Below, one piece after another: positions 48,348-57,055 of a stretch of 64,000 nt of DNA. This DNA is from Candidatus Komeilibacteria bacterium RIFOXYD1_FULL_37_29. GTDB lineage: Bacteria; Patescibacteriota; Patescibacteriia; UBA1558; GWA2-36-10. The DNA is taken from contig MHKS01000005.1 of assembly GCA_001818495.1 (NCBI GenBank), positions 12,288-76,287 of the forward strand, given 5' to 3'. Both the position numbers and the translations under genes were made by a program. A model generated the notes under the pieces. It searched no databases. It was not told where the DNA came from and saw nothing but the letters and a program-made list of their open reading frames with translations. Positions within the stretch are counted from its first letter, which is position 1. Each line of letters opens with the position of its first letter.

Positions 48348-49286
48348 ATGTCTAAAATGAAAAAGCCAGAGTTAAGAAAAGATTATATTCAGGAGAAGTA
48401 TGTTATTATTGCACCCAAACGCGGTAAAAGACCGCATGATGTTATCAAACCAACAGATCATCATAAGCAAATGGTCTCTTCTTGTATATTTTGTCCCAAC
48501 AATATTAAGGAGGTTCGCAGTTTATATAAAAAAGGTGAGGGAGAAAATTGGGCTATCAATGTTATTGCCAATAAATATCCGGCGGTATCGCTAGATAATG
48601 ACAAAGCTTATGGTACCCAAGAAGTGGTGATAGAAACAGCAGATCATACTTTAGAACTGGAAGATTTGTCCATTGAGCAGATTGCTGATTTACTGGAAGC
48701 TTATGCCTGGCGTACTAAGGAAATATCCAAAGATGATAAAATTGATTATATTTTAATTTTTAAAAACGATGGTGGTGTAGCTGGTGCATCTTTACAACAT
48801 GCCCATTCTCAGATTTTTGCCACCAATTTTTTACCGCCGCATTTGGTAGACAAATCTCAGCGACAGCAGGCCTACAAACTGGAGCACGGTAATTGTGTTT
48901 ACTGTGATGTGCTAAAAAAAGAGTCCAAAGGACCCCGCTTAGTTTATCAAGATAAAGAAGTAATGGCTTTTACTCCTTACGCTTCTATGTTTAATTATGA
49001 AATATGGATTATGCCCTTAAAGCATCGGGATAATATCACTGAGTTATCAGCTCCAGAACGGCATTCTTTTGCTAAAATACTGAAGCATATTTTGATAAAA
49101 ATCGGTCAACTAGATTTGCCTTATAATTTTTATTTTCATCAGATCATCAATGATAATGATCAGCATCTTTATATGAAAATAGTGCCCCGCGGATCAGTCT
49201 GGGCTGGAGTAGAGATTGGTTCTGGTCTCATTATCAATCCGATTGATCCCGATGATGCTGCTGAATTTTATCGACAAGGATTATGA
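48348..49286 (+). CDS. galactose-1-phosphate uridylyltransferase-family (HIT-like GalT / ADP-glucose phosphorylase-like) protein
   Basis: Zn site CIFCPNN and the nucleotidyl-His motif HAHSQIF. Confidence 0.65.
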   Translation: MSKMKKPELRKDYIQEKYVIIAPKRGKRPHDVIKPTDHHKQMVSSCIFCPNNIKEVRSLYKKGEGENWAINVIANKYPAVSLDNDKAYGTQEVVIETADHTLELEDLSIEQIADLLEAYAWRTKEISKDDKIDYILIFKNDGGVAGASLQHAHSQIFATNFLPPHLVDKSQRQQAYKLEHGNCVYCDVLKKESKGPRLVYQDKEVMAFTPYASMFNYEIWIMPLKHRDNITELSAPERHSFAKILKHILIKIGQLDLPYNFYFHQIINDNDQHLYMKIVPRGSVWAGVEIGSGLIINPIDPDDAAEFYRQGL

Positions 49287-49924
49287 TCAAAGCTATTATT
49301 TTCGACATGGACGGAGTAATATCCGATACTCAACAAAATCATTCGCAAACCGAAGCGGCTATTTTAAATGATTGTGGAATAAAAATTACGGCTGATGAAG
49401 TAACGGCCAAGTATTCTAGCGTTAGGGTAGAAGATATTTTTAGAGATTTATTTAAAAAATATAATATTCAAGCCGATATTGAGGCTTTGGCTGTTAAGAA
49501 GAGAAAAATGGTTTTAGCTTCTTTAAAAAAAGAGGTTACACCAATAGAAGGAATTCATAATTTAGTAAATACTTTATATTCTGCCAAGTATGAGTTGGCT
49601 GTCGGGACTACCTCATCGGTAGCCAATGCTAATATTATCTTAAAAACTTTGAAGTTGTCTGATAAGTTTTCGTTTATTGCCAGTGGACATGATGTAAAAA
49701 ATGGAAAACCAGCACCTGATGTTTTCTTGCTAGCAGCCAAAAAATTAAAAGTAAAACCTCAAGAGTGTTTGGTAATTGAAGACGGTTTGGCGGGCATGCA
49801 GGCTGCTAAAAATGCTGGTATGAAGTGTATTGGTTTGGTTAAGACAAAAAATAAAAATTACCAAGCTGATATTTTGGTGAATAAATTAGGGGATATCTCC
49901 TTAGAGTTAATTAAGAAATTGTAG
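49283..49924 (+). CDS. HAD-superfamily hydrolase, beta-phosphoglucomutase-like
   Basis: N-terminal IIFDMDGVISDT, plus K and DD motifs. Confidence 0.8.
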   Translation: MIKAIIFDMDGVISDTQQNHSQTEAAILNDCGIKITADEVTAKYSSVRVEDIFRDLFKKYNIQADIEALAVKKRKMVLASLKKEVTPIEGIHNLVNTLYSAKYELAVGTTSSVANANIILKTLKLSDKFSFIASGHDVKNGKPAPDVFLLAAKKLKVKPQECLVIEDGLAGMQAAKNAGMKCIGLVKTKNKNYQADILVNKLGDISLELIKKL

Positions 49925-49926
49925 TT

Positions 49927-49958
49927 TTAAAACAGCCCTTCATCAAGGCTGTTTTAAA
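49927..49958. terminator. bidirectional terminator between the pgmB-like gene and tyrS
   Basis: AAAACAGCC-cttcatcaa-GGCTGTTTT. Confidence 0.7.
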
Positions 49959-49959
49959 G

Positions 49960-51168
49960 TTATTTTATTTTAGCAAATTTTCTTTTACCGGCTTGGACTA
50001 TATCACCAGATTTTATGTTTAGGTTTTCTTTCCAAGAGGACACTTTTTCGCTGTTTATTTTCATACCACCACCATCAATCAGTCGGCGGGCATCAGATTT
50101 TGAGGCTATTAGTTTTAGCGTTATCAGTAAATCAACCGGATTAATAGAACCAATATTGATATTGTGTTCAACGATTGCTTCTGGAGTTTCTCTTTGGCTA
50201 AATACTTTTATAAAATTAGTTTCAGCTTTGGTTGCTTCTTTAGCTCCGTAGTATAAAGTAACTATTTCTTTGGCCAACTGCAATTTAGCGTCGCGTGGAT
50301 TAGCACCAGTTTTGATATTTTTGGCAGTTTGATTGATTTGCTCCAATGGAACAGTCGTGCACAATTCAAAACCGTTTAAAATCATAGCATCAGTCCAAGA
50401 CATTACCTTGCCAAACATTTGTTCAGGCGTATCATTTAAGGCCAGCATATTGCCTTCGCTTTTACCCATTTTGGTACCGACCACATCAGTCAAAAGTTTC
50501 ATAGTTAGGACAAATTTGTCCTGACCCTTCAGAGATTTCATCAAAGTACGGCCAGCTAGCATATTAAAAGTTTGGTCATTGCCACCAATTTCGCCATCAA
50601 CATTCATGGCTACACAGTCTTGAGCTTGAAGCATCGGATACATAAATTCATGCAAGCCAATGGGCTTACCCGCTTTGATTCTTTGTTGGAACATGTCTCT
50701 TTCCAGTAGTTGTTGGACGGTAAAATTACTAGACAGTTTTAGGACATCAGCAAAATTCATTTTATTTAACCAACGACTGTTATATTTTAATTCGGCTTTG
50801 TTTGAGCCGGAGAAATTTAAAAATATAGAAGCTTGTTTTTTGTAATACTTGGCATTATTTAAAACCTCTTGTTTGCTCAGTGGTTTGCGAGTAGCCTGTT
50901 TGTCAGTCGGATCGCCAATGGTGCCGGTAAAATCTCCGATTAGTAGAATAATTTTATGTCCCAGCTCTTGAAATTGTTTTAATTTGGCCAAAATAATAGC
51001 ATGGCCCAAATGTAAAGTCGGTCCAGTGGGGTCAATGCCCAAATAGATAGATAATTTTTGGCCAGAACCTAGCCGTTTTTCTAAGTAGGATTTGTCCGGA
51101 TAGATGTTTTCTACGCCTCTTTCTAGTAATTCTTGAATTTTTTGCTGATCTGTATTAATCTTAAGCAT
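49960..51168 (-). CDS. tyrS: tyrosine--tRNA ligase
   Basis: HIGH-type HLGHAI, KMSKS-type KMGKS, and a C-terminal S4 domain. Confidence 0.95.
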   Translation of the reverse strand: MLKINTDQQKIQELLERGVENIYPDKSYLEKRLGSGQKLSIYLGIDPTGPTLHLGHAIILAKLKQFQELGHKIILLIGDFTGTIGDPTDKQATRKPLSKQEVLNNAKYYKKQASIFLNFSGSNKAELKYNSRWLNKMNFADVLKLSSNFTVQQLLERDMFQQRIKAGKPIGLHEFMYPMLQAQDCVAMNVDGEIGGNDQTFNMLAGRTLMKSLKGQDKFVLTMKLLTDVVGTKMGKSEGNMLALNDTPEQMFGKVMSWTDAMILNGFELCTTVPLEQINQTAKNIKTGANPRDAKLQLAKEIVTLYYGAKEATKAETNFIKVFSQRETPEAIVEHNINIGSINPVDLLITLKLIASKSDARRLIDGGGMKINSEKVSSWKENLNIKSGDIVQAGKRKFAKIK

Positions 51169-51235
51169 ACTTTTACTTATATTTTTTACTTATCATATTC
51201 AAATTATAGCTTATTTTTGCTATAATTTAAATACT

Positions 51236-54169
51236 ATGCCAATTCCCCAACTCAAGTCAAATTTTACTAAGCGACAAATCGGTGATTCTAGTCCGCAGTT
51301 TTCTCATCGGCCGATAGAGCCAGTTCAAGAACCAAAAAAAAGGATATTTGGCAGTCGTTTTATTTATCACAAAACTCCCCGTTTACCCAAGCCACAGATT
51401 TCTAAAACTTGGTTAAGAAAATTTATCAAGCGTTTTTGGAGACAGTTATTAGCCTTGGTGCTTTTGGGGGGTATTTTTATGATTGGATTATTTGCTTGGT
51501 ATTCTCGTGATTTACCAGAGCCAGGCAAGATTATGGATAGATCCGTAGCACTAAGCACCAAAATTTATGATCGGACTGGCGAGGTCTTACTCTATGAAGT
51601 CCATGGTCCGGAAAATAGAAGTTTAGTAAAAATAGATGATGTCCCTCAGCACGTGGTGGATGCTACTATTGCTATTGAAGACAAGGATTTTTATAATCAC
51701 GGCGGTATTTCCATTTGGGGTATTATCAGAGGACAGATAGTTCCTCGTCTCAGTGGTAACCGGTCTCAAGGTGGATCCACACTGACTCAACAATTTGTCA
51801 AAAATGCTATTTTAACTGACGAAAGAAAATTATCTCGTAAAATAAAAGAATGGATTTTATCTTGGCAGATTGAAAAGAAATATGATAAAAGACAAATTTT
51901 GGAATTTTATTTTAATGAAATTCCTTATGGCGGGTCAGTTTATGGTGTTGAGGCGGCCGCTCGGTATTATTTTGATAAATCAGTTAAAGATTTGACTATT
52001 GCTGAAGCCGCTGTATTAGCCTCTTTGCCGCAAGCACCCACTACTTATTCTCCTTATGGTAATAACAAAGATTTGTTAATCAACCGCCAGCATATCATTT
52101 TGGATTTGATGGTTGAACAGAAATATATTACTAAAGAGCAAGCCGAAATAGCCAAAGATCAAGAGCTAGTTTTCAAAAAAAGAGCCGAGCAGATCAAAGC
52201 GCCACATTTTGTGATGTATGTCAGAGAGCTGTTAGAGCAAAAATACGGAGCTAGCATTGTGGAGCAAAGCGGTTGGGAAATAAAAACCTCTTTAGATTGG
52301 ACCGCTCAACAAAAAGCCCAAGAAATTATTGATGACATCGCTCAGAAAAATTTAGAAAATTATAAGGCCAATAATGCCGCCTTAGTATCGATTGATGTAG
52401 AAAGCGGAGAGATATTGTCTATGATCGGTTCCAAGGATTATTTTGACGATAGTATAGACGGTCAGGTTAATGTCGCTTTATCTAGTCGTCAGCCCGGATC
52501 ATCATTAAAACCCCTGGTCTATTTAGCGGCGTTTAATAAAGGTTATCGTCCTGATACTATACTCTTTGACTTGGAAACAAATTTTGCTGCCTCTGGTGAT
52601 CCTTATAAACCGAAAAATTATGATGGCGGGCAGCGCGGACCAGTTTCTATGCGTAAGGCTCTGGCTGGCTCCTTAAATATTCCAGCTGTTAAAACTCTAT
52701 ATTTGGCGGGAATTTATACAGTCACTGATTTAGCTAGCCGTTTTGGCTATACCACCTTAAATGATCCAGATAGGTACGGTTTATCACTAGTCTTGGGAGG
52801 TGGAGAAGTAAAGCTTTTGGAGCATGTCAATGCTTATGCTACTTTTGCCAGAGAAGGGGTCTATAAAGACGCAGTAGCCGTTTTGGAGATAAAGGATAGT
52901 AAAGGTAAGATTATCGAGGAAAAGGATAATAATAAAGGACGTCGAGTATTAGAAAAAGAACCAGTTCGTTTATTGAATGATATTTTATCAGACAATGATG
53001 CTCGGTCTTATATTTTTGGAGCCAATAATTATCTGACCTTACCCGATCGTCCGGTAGCGGCCAAAACTGGTACTACCAATAATTATCACGATGCTTGGAC
53101 AGTAGGTTTTACACCACAGATAGCCACTGGTGTTTGGGTCGGTAATAATAATAATACCGAAATGTCTGCTGGAGCTGATGGATCGGTAGTAGCTGCTCCG
53201 ATTTGGCAAGGCTATATGAAAGAAGTGACCAAAAATTTGCCAGTAGTTGGTTTTAAAAAAGAAGAATTACCAAAATGTGATAAAGCTATGGTTTGTGGTG
53301 AATTGTCTTCTGGCCAGCCTATTAAAATTGATAAGCTATCGGGCAAATTAGCTACCGAAAATACTCCTTATACTACTATAGAAGAAAAGAAATATGTTGA
53401 AGTACACAATATTTTACATTATGTAAATATCAATGATCCACTAGGTGATCCTTTGGCTGATCCAACCAATGATCCGCAGTATAACCTGTGGGAGGCTCCG
53501 GTGGCCAAATATGCCGAGGAGCAGGGCTATATTAGTCAGATTTCGCCGACTGAATATGATGATATTCATAAGCCAGAAGACAAGCCTAGTCTCAGCTGGC
53601 AAGAGCCTTATAACAATCAAAATGTCACCAGTAGTCATTTGGAGCTGTCAGTTACCACCGATGCCCCTAGAGGAGTTGAGCGAGTGGAATATTTTTTGGA
53701 CAATGAACTTATTGGTACCAGCTACTTAAAACCTTTTGACTTTGTTTATCAAATCAGTCCTTTTATTAGCAATGGTGGTCATCAGCTCAAAGCTATGGCT
53801 TTTGATGACTTGGATAATTTCCGTGAAGAGAGTATTAATATAAATATCAATTTAGATAATGCCCAAAAAGATTTTAATTTAATTTGGCTTAGTCCATCTA
53901 GTGGTGCTACTCTCAATCTTTTAGATTTTCCCATTAATCTAGAACTCAGTTTAGATCAGCCAGCCAAAGTTAAAAAAATAGATTTTTATTATATTGATCC
54001 AGAAGAAAATTCTCGATGGTTTGCTTATATTGACTTACCAGCTGGTAATAAAATTTCTGTCCCCTGGAATAAGGACTTAGCTCCCGGGATTTATAAATTG
54101 TATCTGGTGGTCAAAAATCAATCGGACGATTTAATTACTATGCCTAGCATTATTGTCAATTTACAGTAA
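51236..54169 (+). CDS. class A penicillin-binding protein (PBP1A: GT51 transglycosylase + transpeptidase) with a C-terminal beta-sandwich repeat extension
   Basis: GT51 motifs (EDKDFYNHGG, GGSTLTQQ), transpeptidase SxxK (SSLKP), SxN and KTGT. Confidence 0.9.
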   Translation: MPIPQLKSNFTKRQIGDSSPQFSHRPIEPVQEPKKRIFGSRFIYHKTPRLPKPQISKTWLRKFIKRFWRQLLALVLLGGIFMIGLFAWYSRDLPEPGKIMDRSVALSTKIYDRTGEVLLYEVHGPENRSLVKIDDVPQHVVDATIAIEDKDFYNHGGISIWGIIRGQIVPRLSGNRSQGGSTLTQQFVKNAILTDERKLSRKIKEWILSWQIEKKYDKRQILEFYFNEIPYGGSVYGVEAAARYYFDKSVKDLTIAEAAVLASLPQAPTTYSPYGNNKDLLINRQHIILDLMVEQKYITKEQAEIAKDQELVFKKRAEQIKAPHFVMYVRELLEQKYGASIVEQSGWEIKTSLDWTAQQKAQEIIDDIAQKNLENYKANNAALVSIDVESGEILSMIGSKDYFDDSIDGQVNVALSSRQPGSSLKPLVYLAAFNKGYRPDTILFDLETNFAASGDPYKPKNYDGGQRGPVSMRKALAGSLNIPAVKTLYLAGIYTVTDLASRFGYTTLNDPDRYGLSLVLGGGEVKLLEHVNAYATFAREGVYKDAVAVLEIKDSKGKIIEEKDNNKGRRVLEKEPVRLLNDILSDNDARSYIFGANNYLTLPDRPVAAKTGTTNNYHDAWTVGFTPQIATGVWVGNNNNTEMSAGADGSVVAAPIWQGYMKEVTKNLPVVGFKKEELPKCDKAMVCGELSSGQPIKIDKLSGKLATENTPYTTIEEKKYVEVHNILHYVNINDPLGDPLADPTNDPQYNLWEAPVAKYAEEQGYISQISPTEYDDIHKPEDKPSLSWQEPYNNQNVTSSHLELSVTTDAPRGVERVEYFLDNELIGTSYLKPFDFVYQISPFISNGGHQLKAMAFDDLDNFREESINININLDNAQKDFNLIWLSPSSGATLNLLDFPINLELSLDQPAKVKKIDFYYIDPEENSRWFAYIDLPAGNKISVPWNKDLAPGIYKLYLVVKNQSDDLITMPSIIVNLQ

Positions 54170-54171
54170 TT

Positions 54172-54205
54172 AAAAAAACGCCCTAGCTATTGGGGCGTTT
54201 TTTTA
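54172..54205 (+). terminator. intrinsic terminator after PBP1A
   Basis: AAAAAAACGCCC-tagctatt-GGGGCGTTTTTTT. Confidence 0.7.
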
Positions 54206-54451
54206 ATAGCCTTCGTTAGCGTGAATGTGGTTGGCTTTTTCGGCGCTGAGCTCATCCTCATTTATTTTTTCATTAAGCGGATTAGCGGAGTTTAGAAAAA
54301 CTAAGAGCAGGCCCATAATTAAAGTAGTGATTGATAGCCACAGTGGCATAAAAATTTCCCAAATATTAAAAAAGGCCAAACAGGCTAAAATGACCATAAA
54401 AATACCCATAGTAACGTTAAAAACGGTTGGACAGTAGCAATATTTTCCCAT
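54203..54451 (-). CDS. hypothetical small two-TM membrane protein
   Basis: 82 aa with two hydrophobic helices; weak evidence. Confidence 0.35.
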   Translation of the reverse strand: MGKYCYCPTVFNVTMGIFMVILACLAFFNIWEIFMPLWLSITTLIMGLLLVFLNSANPLNEKINEDELSAEKANHIHANEGY

Positions 54452-54521
54452 ATTATCTACCCCCTTTCAATTTTTTAGTGATGCTTAATTACTCTTATAT
54501 TTTATCCACGATAGGCATTTT

Positions 54522-55649
54522 TTGTCAATTTTGCTTATTTGGTATAAGATAATCTTTGATATGAATAAAAAAGTTTTAGTTTTTGGAAAATTTGATATTT
54601 TTCATCCTGGTCATAAATATATCTTAACTGTGGCCAAAAAATTGGGTCAGGTCACGGTGGTTTTGGAGTCTGATCAAGCCATTAAGAAATGGGGTCATTA
54701 TCAACCATATCATGATCAGAATTTTAGAAAGCACAAATTGGAGAAACTCGGTTTTCGGGTTTTTGTCAGGCACTTGGAGCAGGGCGCTGATTATATTATT
54801 GATAGCCTTAGGCCAGATATTTTATGTTTAGGGGAGGATCAAAAACTTTTACAAAAAATATTTTCACCTTTTCCTAATATAAATTTGGAAATTATAAAGT
54901 TTATCAAAAGCAATTTATATAAGTCTTCACATCTTACGCCAATTTTAGAAGACCTCACGGCGGGGGTATATTTAATTGATAAACCCAAGGGAGTCAATTC
55001 TTTTCGGGCAGTAGCGGTTATTAGAAAAGTTTTAAATATGAGGCGAGTGGGTTTTTCTGGTACTTTAGATCCTTTGGCCTCGGGATTATTGATTGTCGCC
55101 ACTGGTCGAGCTACCAGATTATTAGATTGGTTTCATGATTTGCCCAAAACATATCAGGCCAAAATAGTTTTTGGGAAAGAATCGTCTAGTTATGATTTGG
55201 AAATGCCGGCATTAGAAAATAAATCAGCTAAATCTTTTACTAAAAAACAGCTAGAAAAAGTCCTAGCTGGTTTTATGGGTAAAAAAATACAAACCACGCC
55301 AATTTATAGTGCCAAAAAAGTACAGGGAGAGAAAGCCTATTTGCTAGCCCGTTCTGGTCAAAGTTTTAAGCCGCCTATTCAGGAGATAGAAATTTATAAA
55401 TTGAAAATAAATAAGTTTAATTATCCTTATTTAAGTTTAACAGCTACTGTTTCGGCTGGCACTTATATCAGGTCACTAGCCCATGATTTGGGGCAAGCGA
55501 TGAAAACGGGAGCAGTGCTGATTGATTTAGAGCGCATGGTCATTGGAGATTTTAAACTCAAAAAATCTTTAGCCCTTGAGCAGATTAACAAGGCTAGTTT
55601 GGCTAAGTATAAAATAGCGCCGGCTACTATTATAGAGCGCTTAAGTTGA
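54522..55649 (+). CDS. truB: fusion: HxGH cytidylyl/adenylyltransferase-like domain (archaeal RibL/TagD-like) + tRNA pseudouridine-55 synthase TruB
   Basis: The N-terminus VLVFGKFDIFHPGHKYIL..VTVVLESDQAIKK..PDILCLGEDQ matches the RibL/TagD nucleotidyltransferase core. The C-terminus LIDKPKGVNSF..GTLDPLASGLL is TruB. One uninterrupted 375-codon ORF; the start may be MNKKVLVF at 54561. Confidence 0.75.
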   Translation: MSILLIWYKIIFDMNKKVLVFGKFDIFHPGHKYILTVAKKLGQVTVVLESDQAIKKWGHYQPYHDQNFRKHKLEKLGFRVFVRHLEQGADYIIDSLRPDILCLGEDQKLLQKIFSPFPNINLEIIKFIKSNLYKSSHLTPILEDLTAGVYLIDKPKGVNSFRAVAVIRKVLNMRRVGFSGTLDPLASGLLIVATGRATRLLDWFHDLPKTYQAKIVFGKESSSYDLEMPALENKSAKSFTKKQLEKVLAGFMGKKIQTTPIYSAKKVQGEKAYLLARSGQSFKPPIQEIEIYKLKINKFNYPYLSLTATVSAGTYIRSLAHDLGQAMKTGAVLIDLERMVIGDFKLKKSLALEQINKASLAKYKIAPATIIERLS

Positions 55650-55878
55650 TATATTGACCAGTAATGTCTTTGATAAAACGCTCGATGTTTTCTTCTTTAA
55701 ATTCAGTTTCTTTCATTTTTTTGGCAAAATCATATAAACGCAGAGTTCTTTCACCCATTTCGCCTAGGCGTTCCTCATAGATTTTATTGAATTTTTCAGT
55801 GCTAGTTATAGAATCATTGGAATAATATAGTTTTTCTATAACCAACCTCTGCTCCTCGGGAGATATGTATTTATCCAT
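55630..55878 (-). CDS. hypothetical protein
   Basis: 82 aa charged ORF with no recognised motif; convergent with truB and overlapping it by 20 nt. Confidence 0.3.
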   Translation of the reverse strand: MDKYISPEEQRLVIEKLYYSNDSITSTEKFNKIYEERLGEMGERTLRLYDFAKKMKETEFKEENIERFIKDITGQYINLSAL

Positions 55879-55951
55879 AGTATTGACTAATTAGCTTTAT
55901 TATGTTAATATTTTAGCAGTTTTATTATAAATTTTAAAGGAACAAGTATTT

Positions 55952-56245
55952 ATGCCAAATAAGAAAGCAGCCATCAAAGATCTGAAGAAATCTAAAAAGC
56001 GTAGTGTGCGCAATTCTTTGATTAAGAGAAATATTAAAGAAATCATTAAAAAGGGTCAAAAAGCAGTGACTGAAGGAAAGCCAGTGGGTGATTTATCTAA
56101 ACAATTACAAAAAGCCGTCGATAAAGCCATTAAGAATAAAATTTTAAAACCCAATGCTGGTAATCGTAAGAAATCTCGTTTTGCCAAGATGATAAAAAGA
56201 GGGCCCGTAACCGAAAAATCAAAGAACAAAGCTAAAACAGAATAA
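55952..56245 (+). CDS. rpsT: 30S ribosomal protein S20
   Basis: MPNKKAAIKDLKKSKKRSVRN. Confidence 0.9.
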   Translation: MPNKKAAIKDLKKSKKRSVRNSLIKRNIKEIIKKGQKAVTEGKPVGDLSKQLQKAVDKAIKNKILKPNAGNRKKSRFAKMIKRGPVTEKSKNKAKTE

Positions 56246-56251
56246 TTTTTT

Positions 56252-56278
56252 AAAAGTCTCCTTGCGGGGACTTTTTTC
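56252..56278 (+). terminator. intrinsic terminator after rpsT
   Basis: AAAAGTCTCC-ttgc-GGGGACTTTTTT. Confidence 0.55.
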
Positions 56279-56296
56279 TTTTGTTAGAATTTAGCT

Positions 56297-57019
56297 ATGT
56301 CAGCAGAACAGTTAGTCAAACAATTAAAAAAATATTCTTCAGCCAAGCGGCAAAGAGCTAGTCAATGGTTTTTTAAAACTGCGCCGGGGCAATACGGCTA
56401 TGGCGATAAATTTTTAGGTGTCCGGGTGCCGGATATTAGAAGAGTAGCTAGACAATTTTTGAGCTTGGATTTTAAGGAGATAGTGCCTTTGATAAAATCA
56501 CCAATTCATGAGATCAGACTGGCGGCTATTTTGATTTTGGTAGAAAAAAACAAAGAAGCTATTAAAAATAAAAATGTAGCCTTAAGAAAAGATATTTTGA
56601 ATTTTTATATTAAGTATCGGCAGTGGGTCAATAATTGGGACTTGGTTGATTTATCAGTCCATCGTATTTTAGGTCAAGCCATTTTGGATAATTTACTAGG
56701 GAAGAAAATTTTGTATCAATATGCCAAAAGCCAAAATCTTTGGGAGCGGCGGATGTCTATTATTGCTACCGCCATGTTTATTAGTCAAGGAAAATTGGAT
56801 GATTGTTTGAAGATTTCAAAAATATTGTTAAAAGATAAGGAAGATTTGATGCATAAGGCGGTGGGCTGGATGCTTCGAGAGGCTTGGAAAAAAGATAGCC
56901 AAAGAGTAGAGGCTTTTTTGAAAAAATATTATCAAGCTTTACCGCGTACTACTTTAAGGTATGCCATCGAAAGGATCAAAGAACCCAAACGGAAGAAAAT
57001 TTTGCAAGGTAAGTTTTAA
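56297..57019 (+). CDS. DNA alkylation repair protein (AlkD/AlkC HEAT-like repeat glycosylase family)
   Basis: 240 aa helical repeat protein matching the DNA_alkylation family layout. Confidence 0.75.
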   Translation: MSAEQLVKQLKKYSSAKRQRASQWFFKTAPGQYGYGDKFLGVRVPDIRRVARQFLSLDFKEIVPLIKSPIHEIRLAAILILVEKNKEAIKNKNVALRKDILNFYIKYRQWVNNWDLVDLSVHRILGQAILDNLLGKKILYQYAKSQNLWERRMSIIATAMFISQGKLDDCLKISKILLKDKEDLMHKAVGWMLREAWKKDSQRVEAFLKKYYQALPRTTLRYAIERIKEPKRKKILQGKF

Positions 57020-57027
57020 GGAGCAAA

Positions 57028-57055
57028 TAAAATCCAGCTTTTTAGCTGGATTTTA
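57028..57055. terminator. bidirectional terminator between the alkD-like gene and holA
   Basis: AAAATCCAGC-ttttta-GCTGGATTTT. Confidence 0.6.
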
